Shown here: piece after piece, positions 50,562 through 64,000 of the stretch | Layout: each line of letters begins with the position of its first letter | How positions within the stretch are numbered: position 1 is the stretch's first letter | Assembly: GCF_963921235.1 (NCBI RefSeq) | Contig: NC_086097.1 | Span: 189,226,001 to 189,290,000, forward strand | Direction: 5' to 3' | Length of the DNA stretch: 64,000 bases | From: Mobula hypostoma | Lineage: Eukaryota | Program-made: the position numbers and the translations under genes | Notes under the pieces: generated by a model | Database searches by the model: none | What the model saw: the letters and a program-made list of their open reading frames with translations, nothing else | Told to the model about the DNA's origin: nothing

Positions 50562-51214
50562 TGTAAGAAATGATTCTTGGACTCTTGTAAATAACGGGTT
50601 AAAATTAAGTGCCAACTTATGTGTGCTCTGTTCTGGATAGTGTACAAATTTCTGTTTGTCCTTCACTGAGGAATCTACCTGCAGTTTATTTAGATTAACG
50701 ACTCACAGAAGTCTCCTGAAGACTGTTGAGGGGGTTGGGTTCTCATGGATCGCACACCTCCTGACTTATGGTTTTGCATGAATTGAACTAAGTTCCCTCT
50801 TTGTTTAGGGAAGGGGAGGACTCACTGATAAGGAGAGGAATGAACATCTGTCTGTAATTAAGTAAGGGCCTAGCAAAGGGAATAACTGATAAGGGCTGGA
50901 CAATACATCCATTTGTAATTAAAACCTTGATTTAGTGGATTTTTTTTTATCTAAGTAATTAAGTTTTGCTCCAACAGACTTGGTGGGAATACCAGTTTAA
51001 CTAAGTGCTCTTTGTCTCACTAGTTCTATAAATTGTAACGTTTCTGCATGTTAGAGATTCGACACAAGCCTCCAGAGGGAGAGGAACTCTGTCCCTTTGT
51101 TGTGTGTGGCTCTGAACTTCTCGGCGGCTGAGTTTGAACAAATAAACTGGTGAAAAGGATACAGTAAAGAACTGTTTATGCTGTGGTTATTAGTCAGGCG
51201 AATTTAAGTTTACA
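50562..51214 (+). mobile_element. Probable solo LTR
   Basis: TGTAAG...TTTACA termini, internal 61-bp-period repeat, TATAAA at about 51027, AATAAA at 51141; no clean TSD. Confidence 0.55.
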
Positions 51215-51299
51215 GGGCATCCATAGTGAAAATTAGGCAATCAGGGCCAGGGAACTAAAAGTGGTTTAAGAGATCAAAAGCATGTGAAAGAACTGAACC

Positions 51300-51750
51300 A
51301 AAGGAGGTACCCTTAACACCTCATTCTCCTTTTTCTTTCTATTCCTCATTCTGGCTCCCCTCTTACTTCTTCTCATCTCCTCCCATCACCTCCCTCTGGT
51401 CCCCCTCCTCCTTTTCATTCTCACCTGGTCCAATCTCCTATTACATTTGTTCTTCTTCAGCCCTTTACCTTTTCCACCAGCTTCTCACTTCATCCCCATT
51501 CCTTACCCACCTACCTTTCTCGTAACCTGGATCCAGCTATCATCTGCCAGGCCAGCTTATACTCACTCCTTCCCTTCTCTCTCCTTACTCTACTTCTTCC
51601 TCATTCCCTTCCAGATGTTCTTGATGTAGGGTCTTGGCCCAAAATGACAACTGTTTAGTTCTCTCAATAGATGCTGTCTGACCTGTTGAGTTCCTCCAGC
51701 ATTTTGTGTGAATTACTCTGGATTTCCAGCATCTGCAGAATCTCTTGTGA
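51300..51750 (+). mobile_element. Penelope-like 3' end
   Basis: Pyrimidine-rich tract followed by the hairpin-family arm (GATG.AGGGTC..GGCCC...CCAGCATCTGCAGAATC). Confidence 0.65.
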
Positions 51751-52084
51751 TTTTGATGAACCTGGGCTCCTGTCACCAAATAGGTTCCAGTCAAGGTAGC
51801 CTTTTGGTCACACACGCTCACAACCACTCTTAGTACTGAGAACCAGTAGCATGAAATATAACTTACAGCATGTGTACATCCAAAATTTGGGCAACTATCT
51901 ATCAAGCTTCCAGGTTTCCCCTTGTGATGTAAGTATTTGATTGTACATTTGTAGAGATCAAATATACATTCCAAGTACATACATATAATGTATACCTACT
52001 CATGAATAGAATAGGCATCTGTTAGTCTCCTGAGACCATGGAAGTTTTATCTACAGTACTTAGATTTGCTGGTATTAGGTCAAT

Positions 52085-52542
52085 ATTGATGGCGGGACTG
52101 TCATATGTCGAAAGATTGGAGCGACTGGGCTTGTATACTCGGGAATTTAGAAGGCTAAGAGGGGATCTTATTGAAACATATAAGATTATTAAGGGATTGG
52201 ACACGCTGCAGGTAGGAAGCATGTTCCCACTGATGGGTGAGTCCAGAAACAGAGGCCACGGTTTAAGAATTAGGGGTAGGCCATTTAGAACGGAGCTGAG
52301 GAAAAACTTTTTCACCCAGAGAGTGGCGGATATATGGAATGCTCTGCCCCAGAAGGCTGTGGAGGCCAAGTTTCTGGATGCTTTCAAGAAAGATGGATAG
52401 AGCTCTTAAAGATAGCGGAATCAAAGGTTATGGGGATAAGGCAGGAACTGGATACTGATGGTGGATGATCAGCCATGATCACAGTGAATGGCGGTGCTGG
52501 CTCGAAGGGCCGAATGGCCTACTCCTGCACCTATTGTCTATA
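52085..52542 (+). mobile_element. CR1 3' fragment
   Basis: MAGLSYVERLERLGLY..RLRGDLIETYKI; CTATTGTCTA tail. Confidence 0.92.
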
Positions 52543-52730
52543 ATATTATTGTGCTCTGCCTGTTCAAATGCCTGTCTAAATACCCTAAAGATAGTGATTG
52601 TATCTGATTCCACCGAATTCCCAGCGAAGAATTCTTGCAATTCTGTGTATAAATGGCGGCAGTGCATGTGTATTGCGAGGCTCAGTGTCTTACCGGATTT
52701 CGAAAAAGTGTTAATTTATCTGCTTGTTTA

Positions 52731-55298
52731 TAGAAACATAGAAAATAGGTGCAGGAGTAGGCCATTCAGCCCTTCGAGCCTGAACCACCTTCAGTATGAT
52801 CATGGCTGATCATCCAACTCAGAACCTTGTACCTGCTTTCTCTCCATACCCCCTGATCCCTTTAGTCACAAGGGTCATATCTAACTCCCTCTTAAATATA
52901 GCCAATGAACTGGCCTCAACTGTTTCCTATACCAGAGAATTCCACAGATTCAGCACTCTCTGTGTGAAGAAGTTTTTCCTCATCTCAGTCCTAAAAGGCT
53001 TCCCCTTTATCCTTAAACTGTGACCCCTCGTTCTGGACTTCCCCAACATCGGGAACAATCTTCCTGCATCTAGCCTGTCCAATTCCTTCAGAATTTTATA
53101 CATTTCAGTAAGATCCCCCCTCAATCTTCTAAATTCCAGCGAGTATAGCCTAGTCAATCCAGTCTTTCATCATATGAAAGTCCTGCCATCCCAGGAATCA
53201 ATCTGGTGAACCTTCTTTGTACTCCCTCCATGGCAAGAATGTCTTTCCTCAGATAAGGGGACCAAAATTGCACACAATACTCCAGGTGTGGTCTCACCAA
53301 GGCCTTGTACAACTGCAGTAGAACCTCCCTGCTCCTGTACTTGAATCCTCTCGCTATAAATGCCAACATACCATTCGCCTTTTTCACTGCCTGCTGTACC
53401 TGCATGCCCACTTTCAATGACTGGTGTACAATGACACCCAGGTTTTGTTGCACCTCCCCTTTTCCTAATTGGCCACCATTCAGATAATAATCTGTTTTCC
53501 TGTTCTTCCCACCAAAGTGGATAACCTCACATTTATCCAAATTAAATTGCATCTGCCATGAATTTGCCCACTCACCCAACCTATCCAAGTCACCCTGCAT
53601 CCTCTTAGCATCCTCCTAACAGCTAACACTGCCGCCCAGCTTTGTGTCATCCACAAACTTGGAGATGCTGCATTTAATTCCCTCGTCTGAATTATTAATA
53701 TATATTGTAAACAACTGGGGTCCCAGCACTGAGCCTTGCGGTACCCCACCAGTCACTGCCCGCCATTCTGAAAAGGTCCCGTTTATTCCCACTCTTTGCT
53801 TCCTGTCTGCCAACCAATTCTCTATCCACATCAATACCATATTCCCAATACCGTGTGCTTTAAGTTTGCACACTAATCTCCCGTGTGGGACCTTGTCAAA
53901 AGCCTTTTGAAAATCCAAATATACCACATCCACTGGTTCTCCCCTATCCACTCCAATAGTTACATCCTCAAAAAATTCTTTAAGATTCGTCAAAGATGAT
54001 TTTCCTGTCACAAATCCATGCTGACTTTGTCCGATGATTTCACCGCTTTCCAAATGTGCTGTTATCACATCTTTGATAACTGCCTCTAGCATCTTCCCCA
54101 CCACCGATGTCAGGCCAACCGGTCTATAATTCCCGGGTTGCTCTCTCCCTCCTTTTTTAAACAGCGGGGTTACATTAATCACCTTTTAATCCTTAGGAAC
54201 TAATCCAGAATCTAAAGAGTCTTGAAAAATTATCACTAATGCATCCATTCTTTCTTGGGCTACTTTCTTAAGCACTCTGGGATGCAGACCATCTGGCCCT
54301 GGGGAATTATCTGCCTTTAATCCCTTCAATTTACCTAACACCACTTCCCTACTGACATGTATTTCCCTCAGTTCCTCCATTTCACTATCCCCTCGATCCC
54401 CTACTATTTCCGGAAGATTATTTATGTCCTCGTTAGTGAAGACAGAACCAAAGTAGTTATTCAACTGGTCTGCCATGTCCTTGTTCCCCATGATCAATTC
54501 AGCTGTTTCTGACTGTAAGGGACCTACATTTGTCTTAACCAATCTTTTTCTTTTCACATATCTATAAAAGCTTTTACAGCCAGTTTTTATGTTCCCTGCC
54601 AGCTTTCTCTCATAATCTTTCTTTCCCTTTCCTAATTAAGCCCTTTGTCCTCCTCTGCTGGACTTTGAATTTCTCCCTGTCCTCAGGTGTGCCGCATTTT
54701 CTGGCTAATTTGTATGTTTCTTCTTTGAAATTGTTACTATCCCTAATTTCCCTTGTCAGCCATGGGTGCACTACCTTCCCTGGTTTATTCTTTTGCCAAA
54801 CTGGGATGAACAATTGTTGTAGTTCATCTATGCGATCTTTAAATGCTTGCCATTGCATATCCACCGTCAACCCTTTAAGTATCATTTGCCAGTCTATCTT
54901 AGCTAATTCAAGTCTCATACCTTCAAAGTTACCCTTCTTTAAGTTTAGAACCTTTGTTTCTGAATTAACTATATCACTCTCCATCTTAATGAAGAATTCC
55001 ACCGTATTATGGTCATTCTTCCCCAAGGGGCCTCGCACGACAAGATTGCTAACTAACCCTTCTTCATTGCTCAATACCCAGTCTAGAATGACCTGCTCTC
55101 TAGTTGGTTCCTCGATATGTTGGTTCAGAAAACCATCCCGCATACATTCCAAGAAATCCTCTTCCTCAGCACCCTTACTAATTTGGTTCATCCAATCTAT
55201 ATGTAGATTGAAGTCACCCATTATTACTGCTGTTCCTTAGAAATGCACGCATTTCTAATTTCCTGTTTAATGCCATCCCCAACCTCACTACTCTGTTA
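52731..55298 (-). mobile_element. CR1 (family A), frameshifted
   Basis: ORFs 54610-55221, 54186-54557, 53616-54182, 53154-53600, 52927-53157. Confidence 0.96.
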
Positions 55299-55299
55299 G

Positions 55300-58200
55300 T
55301 ACATGTACGTGTTCGCCAATTCGGCTATGCGAACTACACTTACAGCAAACAGTCACTTTTGGTCATTAACTACCGATGCACCAAACACAGTTTTGGACTA
55401 TCCATTCAACTTCAATCAACTACCTCCGGAGTTAGTAAGGACACCGTGGACCTGCATGCAACTCACTCCGACCGGAAGGGCCCGGTGCCGGCGTCGAGAC
55501 CGTAATAAAGATGGGGGAAGCGTGGAGGTCTGCGTGCTAGGCTAAGGCTAAATCCACAATAGCCAGCGCTACCTAGCATCTTCCTTGCCGATGTTCGGTC
55601 TCTGACAAACAAGCTGGATGAACTAAGGACTTAGACCCTCACACAAAGAAGGCTTATGGATTGCAACGTCATGTTTTTTACGGAGACGTGGCTAAACAGT
55701 GATGTCCCAAACAACGTGGTGGAACTGGAAGGGCACATGGTCTTCAGAGCTGCAACAGCAACAGGTGAAAGTAGATGAGGTGGTTTATGCACCTACGTGA
55801 ATCGATCATGGTGCACTAACTCTACCATTGCTGACACTTATTGCTCTGCTGATCTGGAATACCTGATTATTAAGTGCAGACCTTTTTATCAGCCACGGGA
55901 GTTTACATGCATCATTGCATGTAAACTGCATTTTTACGCAGTTTATGTGCCACTGAATGCTAATGCTAAAGTAGCCATGAAAGACCTCAGTGCCGCTATT
56001 AGCAAGCTGCAGACATTGTATCCACGCAGAGCCTTTATTGTCACTGGGGACTTTAATCATTGTAACCCATGTACTGTGCCTCCAAGATTTTACCAAAATG
56101 TATCACGCACCACAAGGGGTAATAAAACCTTAGATCGTGTCTACACAAATGTGGCTGATGCTTACAAAGCCACTACCCTCCCCCATCTGGGACAGTCCAA
56201 CCATCTTTCATTGTTTCTGCTTCCCAAGTATAGCCCGGTCATTAAACGTGTGAAACCCACAATGAAGACTATTAAGATCTGGCTGGAGAGTGCTGACTCT
56301 GCTCTTCAGCACCAATTCCAGCACACAGACTGGAGCACGTTTGCTGCCCATACCACCACAGACTCTCAGATTAACATTGATTTTTATACCAACTCTGTCC
56401 TTGAGCAAATCAACAAGTGTGTAGATACAGTGACATCACAAAAACAAATAAAAGTTTTCCCCAATGAGAAACCATGGATGAAGAGAAGTTCACCTCCTGC
56501 TCAAAGCTAGAGATTCAGCCTTCAGGTCTGGAGACCAGGAGGCTTACAGCTCAGCCAGGGCCAACCTGAGGAGGAGAATCTCTCAGGCTAAACATATATA
56601 CAAACAGAGGATTGAGGAGCATTTCAACTCCTCAGACCCCTGGGCGCATGTGGCATGTCATACAGGTCATTACAGACTTCAAACCACCTAGTACTGTGCC
56701 CCCTTCCAGCTCTGCTTCCCTCCCTGATGAGCTCAATTACTTCTACGCCCACTTTGACCGAGAGGACAAGGAGGTCACCCTCAAAGCGGATCTCCCACCT
56801 CGTGAACTGCCTCTTTCACTTTCCACCTCCAATGTATACGCCACCCTGAGCAGGGTGAATGTATGGAAGGCAGCTGGTCCGGATGGAATACCTGGCCGTG
56901 TGCTCAGAGTCTGTGCAGGGCAGTTGGTCAGGGTCTTCACGGACATTTTCAATCTGTCCCTGGCCCAGGCAGTTGTCCCCACAAGCTTCAAGATCGCCAC
57001 CATCGTGCCAGTGCCAAAGCATTCCACTGCTACGGGCCTGAATGACTTCCGCCCAGTTGCACTCACCCCCATCACTGCAAAGTGCTTTGAGAGACTGGTT
57101 CTATCACATCTGAAATCCTGTCTGCCTACTACTCTGGATCCCCATCAATTTTCCCATCGCACCAACATGTCTACAGAGGATGCCATCTCCATGGCACTTC
57201 ATTCTGCCCTGACCCACCCGGACAGCCCCAACTCTTACGTCAGAATGCTGTTCATTGACTTTAGTTCGGCATTCAATACTGTGATCCCCTCCAAGCTGAT
57301 CACCAAACTTCGCCAGCTTGGTATCTGCTTATCCCTCTGCAATTGGCACTTGGACTTTCTGACTAACAGACCCCAATATGTGAAATTAGACAACCTCTCC
57401 TCCTCCATTCTCACCCTGAATACCGGCGTGCCTCAAGGCTGTGTGCCGAGCCCTCTTCTGTACTCCCTTTTCACCTATGACTGCGTTCCTGTACATAGTT
57501 CTAATTCCATAATCAAGTTCGCAGACGACACCACGGTGGTTGGCCTGATCAGAGGGGATGATAAGACGGCCTACAGGGATGAGGTCCAGCACCTAGCCGC
57601 GTGGTGTGCCGATAATCACCTGGCCCTTAACACCCAAAGACCAAGGAGATTATTGTGCACTTCAGGCATGCTAAGAGCGACACGCATGTCCTCATCTACA
57701 TCAACAGAGCTGTAGTGGAGCGTGTATCAAGCTTCAAATTTCTTGGTGTCCACATTTCCGATGATCTCACTTGGTCCCTGAACTCCTCCATCCTGATCAA
57801 AAAGGCACAACAGCACCTTTATTTCCTGCGGAGCATCAAGAGAGCTCACCTTTGTCCCAGGATACTGACGGGTTTTTACTGCTGTACTATGGAGAGCATA
57901 CTCACCAACTGCATCTCATTGTGGTATGGCAATCGGACCGCAAAGCACTCCAGTGGGTGGTGAAAACGGCCCAGTGGATTATCGGCACCCAATTGCCCAC
58001 CATTGAGAACATCTACCATAAACGCTGCCTGGGCAGGGCGAAAAGCATTATCAACGATGCATCTCACCCTAACCATGGACTTCTTACTCTCCTCCCATCC
58101 GGTAGGCGCTACAGGAGCCTCCACTCCCCGAACCTCACATCACAGTGCTAAGCAGTATTGTACTCATATTGGACTGTCTCAGTACTTTTATATTTGTATG

Positions 58201-58346
58201 CTGTAGCACTTATTTTTTATTTGCAGTTATTTTCTAAATAATACTATTCTTTTGCACTTCTGGTTAGATGCTAATTACATTTCATTGGCTTTGTATCTGT
58301 ACTCGGCACAATGACAATAAAGTTCAATCTAATCTAATCTAATCTA
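55300..58346 (+). mobile_element. Near full-length Rex1/Babar LINE (APE + RT), frameshifted
   Basis: VRSLTNKLDEL, FTETWL, GDFNH, KAAGPDGIPGRVL, FIDFSSAFNT, GVPQG, KFADDTT; (AATCT)n tail at 58326-58346. Confidence 0.93.
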
Positions 58347-61300
58347 AAAAAGAACTTTCAGATCCCATTTATCCTCCTTCCTTTCACTTTATGCCCTCTT
58401 GATTTTGATGTCTCTACCATGGGAAATAATTCTTACTATTCTTTACCTCAATGTTATATACAGTACCTCTGGACCCACAGAACTGGAGTGGAAATGAGTC
58501 ATATTTGACAGGCAACCTCAAGTTTGACTTGTACACATAACTGGACATTGCTATTTCACAATTGATAGATCTCAAAAATATTAAGCAGTTAGCTGTCTGG
58601 AAAAATATCTACTGAAGGGGTTGTTTACATATTTAGTACTCTTAAAAGTACAAATTAGATAGTGCTATCATATCTTTACACAGTTTGGTAGAGGTGATAT
58701 TGAAACCACACCCTTATAATGTAAGGTCAAATATTGTGCTTATTTACTTTTCATTCCTTCAAGAAATGAATCTTTTCTGTGTGGATTGTATTTCTAAACT
58801 TGTTCACTCAACATTGTTGTTATTAATTGTTTTTAACTTGTTTTAACACAATATGAAAAGAAATATCCTAAGGGAAATTTCCTCTATTTTAAAGTTAGGT
58901 GGTAACTTTTACAATATTGATCAGTTTTTATCGACTCTACATTAAGTAGTGCTTCTTAATGGTAGGGCTCAGAACAACACATCCTAATTGTTAATGTTTA
59001 TTTAGTATTTCATAAATCAACCTCAAAGTAATATTTGTGTAAACAGAATTGAAAACCAATTTAATGTGATATCTAATCCGCAGAAGCATCTTTTCATGGA
59101 ACCTTTTACCATTTCTTACTGTAATTTATAATAAATTTCACAACATATGTCAGACATAATAAACCTGATTCTGAACTTTAGTCTGAAATAAATCTTCCAA
59201 TTTTGCTGCTTTGACTTATAATATTTATTACAATCTACAGTGCAGATCACCCACATTTACTTTTTATAACATCCTTTTACATTGAGAGCAGTAGAGAAAG
59301 TTTAGTGGCTGTTCTGCCTGTAATGGTTTTGAGTACTATGATTAAGATTATAGTGTGGTTATAAAATTTGTTTTATTGGCATTGTATAGGTGCTGAATTC
59401 TTCTGAAATTGACTGATGGAGCCTTGGAAGTTGCCTTGCAGTCTGAAGGTTAAACTGCACCCTTTTCACTTCCTGATGGGAGGATTTTAAACATGCCATA
59501 ACTTGTGCTAGATATAGGTTTAGCATTTAAACAGTAATGTTAAACATGTATAAGATTATTGCATATTAAATAGAGAGATTGATCTTGCCCCCACTTATTT
59601 TGTACCCTTTAGCTGACAGCTAGCTGGTTCAAATTCAGAGATATTCCAAGAGAAGAACCAATGTTTCCAACTTTAGTTGCAGCAAAAAGGCAGGGAAGAG
59701 CAAAGTAGTGTTCGATGTCAAGGTTGAATGGTCAGAGAAAAGTACTTATCTGACCGAAGCAAATCTGCTCATTCAGAACTGACAATGAAGAATTCTTTCT
59801 GTGCCATCAATGATAGAGATGAAGTAGCATGTACAATGTATGAAGTATTTTGTCAGGTTAAATAATGGAAGAAGTTTAAGTAAGGGAATATTTGCATCTA
59901 TTCAATGTGTGTTATCGAAAGTTCACATAAGATAGTGTTATCATTACACATTTTGTATGTTTTATGTTTCAAGAGTGTGGTTTTAAATGTTAAACCATAT
60001 AATTTGCTTACTTATCTAGCATGTTTGCATTTAGTTTTTTTTTCCAAAACAATTTAAGGAAATAAACATTTGACTTGAGCCAATAATTTTTAGTTCCATT
60101 TTTCTTTTATACTGGTAAATACTTAGTTGACTAATAAAACAAGACTTTAACTGATATAATGGAATGCTTTACATTAATAAGTCCACCTAAAACTTGTAAC
60201 AATGTTCTAAATTACCAATGAATTAGATCTTCCGTGTTCAGATTACTTGATGAATCTTGGTACCAGGTAGGAGTTTTAGATATTTTCACCATAATAATTA
60301 GTCAACACATATTTAAAAATCTCCCTTTCAAATAGGTATATTAAAAATATTGTCAGTAATTATTAAAATATGTGCCAGTAATGTCCATGACACATGAGTG
60401 AATAAAAGTAGATTCCTTTCAGACACGTAATTTTTAAAGTCTATTGTGCCACCCAGTGGTTAAACACTGCACAATTCAATTTGAATTTCGAAATTAATCT
60501 TCCTAAAACAATTCCCATATTGTGATATCAATTACATTTCAGTGGAAAATTATTCCAGTTTAGATACTCATTGTTATACATAACCCTCAGTACCGTGGGT
60601 GACTCAAGCAGGCAATTATCTCCAGCATACAAGCCACTCAGAAAATGTTAATGTCCTTTCTTACCTCCGGACTCAGTTATTCCAATAACTCCCCTGTCCA
60701 GTTTGTCATCCTCAGAGCAAAATTGTGCAGATGAAATCTGAAACAAAAATGCTGGAAATACTCTGCACGTCAGACAGCATCTGTTATGAGAAAAATAAAT
60801 TATGTTTCAGTCATCACTTTTTAATGTTTCAGAAGTCACCTGTTGTTCATCTCTCCAAAGATGTCATCTGACCTGCTATTTTTGGTATCTTCTGTTGTTC
60901 TTCATGCTATAACTTCACCTAGTCTGGAACCCTTCTGCCCATCTTCTTCTGACCCATATGCTCATTAATATAATCTATAATACTGCATTGATTTCTGCAT
61001 CCTGACCTGGAGCTCTTACACACTTTCTCTTCATCCCTCCCCTTCCCTGTGACATCTACGGCTTCAGTCACCATAATTCTAGTTTTGGGTCAACACATAT
61101 TTATAAGTCTTAATTTAATGGGACACATTTCTGTCCCAATCTTACTATTCAGTTGGAAGTTACCGATATTGCTGTACACCAACTTCTGAATTTACAATTC
61201 AGTCTCTGGAATCAATGTGATGTTATTGTGCCTTAGTTCACGTAATTTCAAGATCAGTTACTCTTTTGTGTAATATATCAAAGTCTATTCTTGGAAGTCT

Positions 61301-61574
61301 CACTGTAAATTATTCTAAAATCTGAATAATACAGGTAGATATTACCTTTATAAATTGAGGTGTTATAGAATGGCAAGTTTAAATACCACTACTTTTTACT
61401 GATTAATAGCTGTAGATGACATTAGTTTCTCGCTTCCAATTGTCCAGGTTTTAAACTTCATGGTTAAGTGCCTCCATAATTATTTGCTTCCTCATACTGT
61501 TTTTAGATCATCCTTACAGTTGTATGTCCAAATATTTTAGAACTTAGACCAAAGGTTTTGACTAATCAGATTAT

Positions 61575-63192
61575 AGAGGAGGTGTTTGCTGGCTTGAGGC
61601 AAAATAGGGTGGATAAATCACAAGGTGTTTCCCTCAGACACTGTGAGAGGCTAGTGTAGAAACTGAAGAGGCCCTAGCAGAGATCCTACAACATCCTTAG
61701 CAACGGGTAAGGTGCTGAAGGATTGAAGGATAGCTAATGTTGTTCTGTTGTTTATGAAAGGCTCTGAAAATAAGCTGGGAAATTATAGACCGGTAAGCCT
61801 GACATCAGTAGTGGATAAGTTATTCGGAGGTATTCTAAGGAAGCGGATATATAAGTATTTGGATAGACAGGGATCGATCAGTGATAGTCAGCATGGCAGG
61901 TTGTATCTAATCAAACCTTAGAGAGATTTTTGAGGAAATTACCAGGAAAGTTGATGAAGGAAGGGCAATAGAAGTTGCCTACATGGACTTTAGCAAGGCT
62001 TTTGACACGGTCCTACATGGGAGGTTGGTGAAGGTTCAGTCACTTGGCATTCAGGATGAGGCAGTAGATTAGATGTTGACTTTGGGGTAAAAGCCAGAGT
62101 GGTAAGAGATGGCAGGCTCTCTGACTGGTGGCCTGTGACAAGTGGAGTACTGCAGGGTTTGGTGCTGGGCCCATTATTTGTCATCTCTATCAACAACCTG
62201 GATGATAATGTATCACGAAGTTTGTGGATGGCACCAGGATTGGGAAGCATAATGGACAGCGAGAAAGCCTGTCAAAGCTTGCAGTGGGGACTAGCTAGAA
62301 AAGCGGGCTGAAAAATGGCAAATGGAACTTAATGCAGATAAGTGTGAGATCACAAGACAAAGGAGCAGAAGTAGGCCATTCGGCCCATCGAGTCTGCTCC
62401 GCAGCTCCCCCATGAGCTAAACTATTCACCTAGCTGTGTCAGAGAGGTGTTGGACTTTGGGAGAACAATCCAAGATAGTACACATAGTGAGCAGTAAGAC
62501 ACGGAAAGAATATGGTAGAACAGAGGGATCTTGAAATACAGATCCATAATTCCTTGAAAGTGGTGTCAGAAGTAGATAGGGTTGTTAAAAAAAGCTTTTG
62601 GTACATTGTCCTTCATTGATCAAAGTACTTTGGACAGGAGTTGGGATGATATGCTGAAGTTATACAAGATATTGGTGAGGCATAATTTGGAGTGTTGTGT
62701 CCATTTCTGCTCACCTACCTACAGGAAACATATCAACAAAATTGAGAATGCACAGAAAATTTACAAGGATGTTGCCAGGACATGAGAATCTGAATTAAAA
62801 GGAGAGGTTGAATAGGTTAGGACTTTATTCCGTGGAGTTTAGAAAAGTAAGGGGAGATTTGATAGAGCTATACACAATTATGAGGAGTACAGATAGGGTA
62901 AATGTATGCAGACTTTTTCCACTGAGGTTATGTGAGACTAGAACTAGAGGTCATGGGTTAAGGGTGAAAGGTGAAAAGTTTAAGGGAATTTCTTCACTCA
63001 GAGAACAGCGAGAGTGTGGAATGAGCTGCCAACAGAAGTGGTGGATTCAGCTTCGAGTTCAACATTTAAGAGAAATTCGGCTAGGTACATGGAGGGGAGT
63101 GGAATGCAGGGCTATGGAACTAGGCAGACTAAATGTTCAGTACGGACTAGATGGATCAAAGGGCCCATTTCTGTGCTGCAGTGTTCTATGAC
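61575..63192 (+). mobile_element. Degenerate CR1 with a short inverted CR1-tail insertion at about 62351-62435
   Basis: YMDFSKAFD, VTSGVLQGLVLGP, RLGLYSVEFRKVRGDLIE; TTCTATGA end. Confidence 0.88.
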
Positions 63193-64000
63193 TTAAATAG
63201 AAAACCGCAAGCAGGGCAGAATATCACTGGACTATATTTGAGGGCTATTTTGATTTGACAGAGAATGAGACAAATGAACTATCCATCATTTTAAAAGGAA
63301 CTTATGTGCATTATAATTGACATTAGAAGCAAAATGAAAGTTAAAACATTGTAAACGTATCAGCTATGACAAATGATTTTAACTTATCTGGACCATATCA
63401 TGGAGCTGAAATACTAAAATTCTTGTCCACTGTGTGATACCAGTGACAATGGCAATCCTGTGCACCACTGTGATTCTTTCTAAAGATGGACTTGGATTCC
63501 AAAAGCAGAGAATGAAAGTTTTATCTTTTGTATCTTTTATTTGAAAAAAGAACACAACTTTGGTCAATAAAATACTGAGTAATACAAAGAACTTCCCTGC
63601 TTGTAATTCTACGTTGTAGGCACTGCAATGGACAACTTTATCCATATACAAAATGCAAATGTAAACATTTTGCAAAATGTAGTTAAGCCCAAACAATCAC
63701 TTTAGATCAACTAGTTATCAAAGTTATTTCACAAATCCAACTCAAAGGCTGGAGGAGACAGGCCAAATTTGAAGTTATTTGCATAATTAGTAATAAGCTA
63801 CCAAAACACAAATCTATTTATTCCATATTTGTTATAATCCAATCACTGATTACTGTAATCATATTGACGTGAATCCTACTCACCAGTAGAGTTTAGTGTA
63901 AGTTGTGGGAATGAAAAACATTCCAGATGGTTAGTGTTAGATCTTTTGGGCACATTCAGTTTCCAAATATCTTTCCCTAAAACATACTCCTCCTCTGATC

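Noticed and set aside
59612..59790. Exon-like, more GC-balanced patch
   Set aside because: Short frames only, no homology recognised, no convincing donor
1..64000. CRISPR arrays, rRNA or true tRNA genes, prokaryotic systems
   Set aside because: Eukaryotic repeat-rich DNA; tRNA-like boxes belong to SINE heads; no repeat-spacer array seen

Overview
Repeat-rich vertebrate genomic DNA. The CR1/Rex-Babar/Penelope/V-SINE mix suggests a cartilaginous fish, probably a batoid ray (inference). One host gene is recognisable: RBIS (C8orf59, ribosomal biogenesis factor) on +, with three coding exons (31028-31141, 45669-45779, 46504-46572; 97 aa) and a probable CpG-rich promoter/non-coding exon 1 at about 28220-28565. 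Most other sequence is transposon-derived: many CR1 LINEs (three young copies of one family), Rex/Babar LINEs, a Hero-type LINE with a restriction-like endonuclease, Gypsy elements and solo LTRs, hAT/Tc1/Tigger/Harbinger MITEs, V-SINEs and Penelope-derived hairpins. The standout is a complete 3.47-kb Mag-type Gypsy LTR element (17786-21258, minus strand) with two LTRs, a 5-bp TSD, a tRNA-Ser PBS and a PPT. Its RT/RNaseH/integrase region is replaced by an intronless, full-length copy of the host SUDS3 (Sin3-HDAC corepressor subunit) coding sequence, fused in frame to gag-protease in one 701-codon frame with no frameshift. That frame now carries five point stops. Coordinates of degenerate repeats are approximate and family names come from motif recognition, not database searches.
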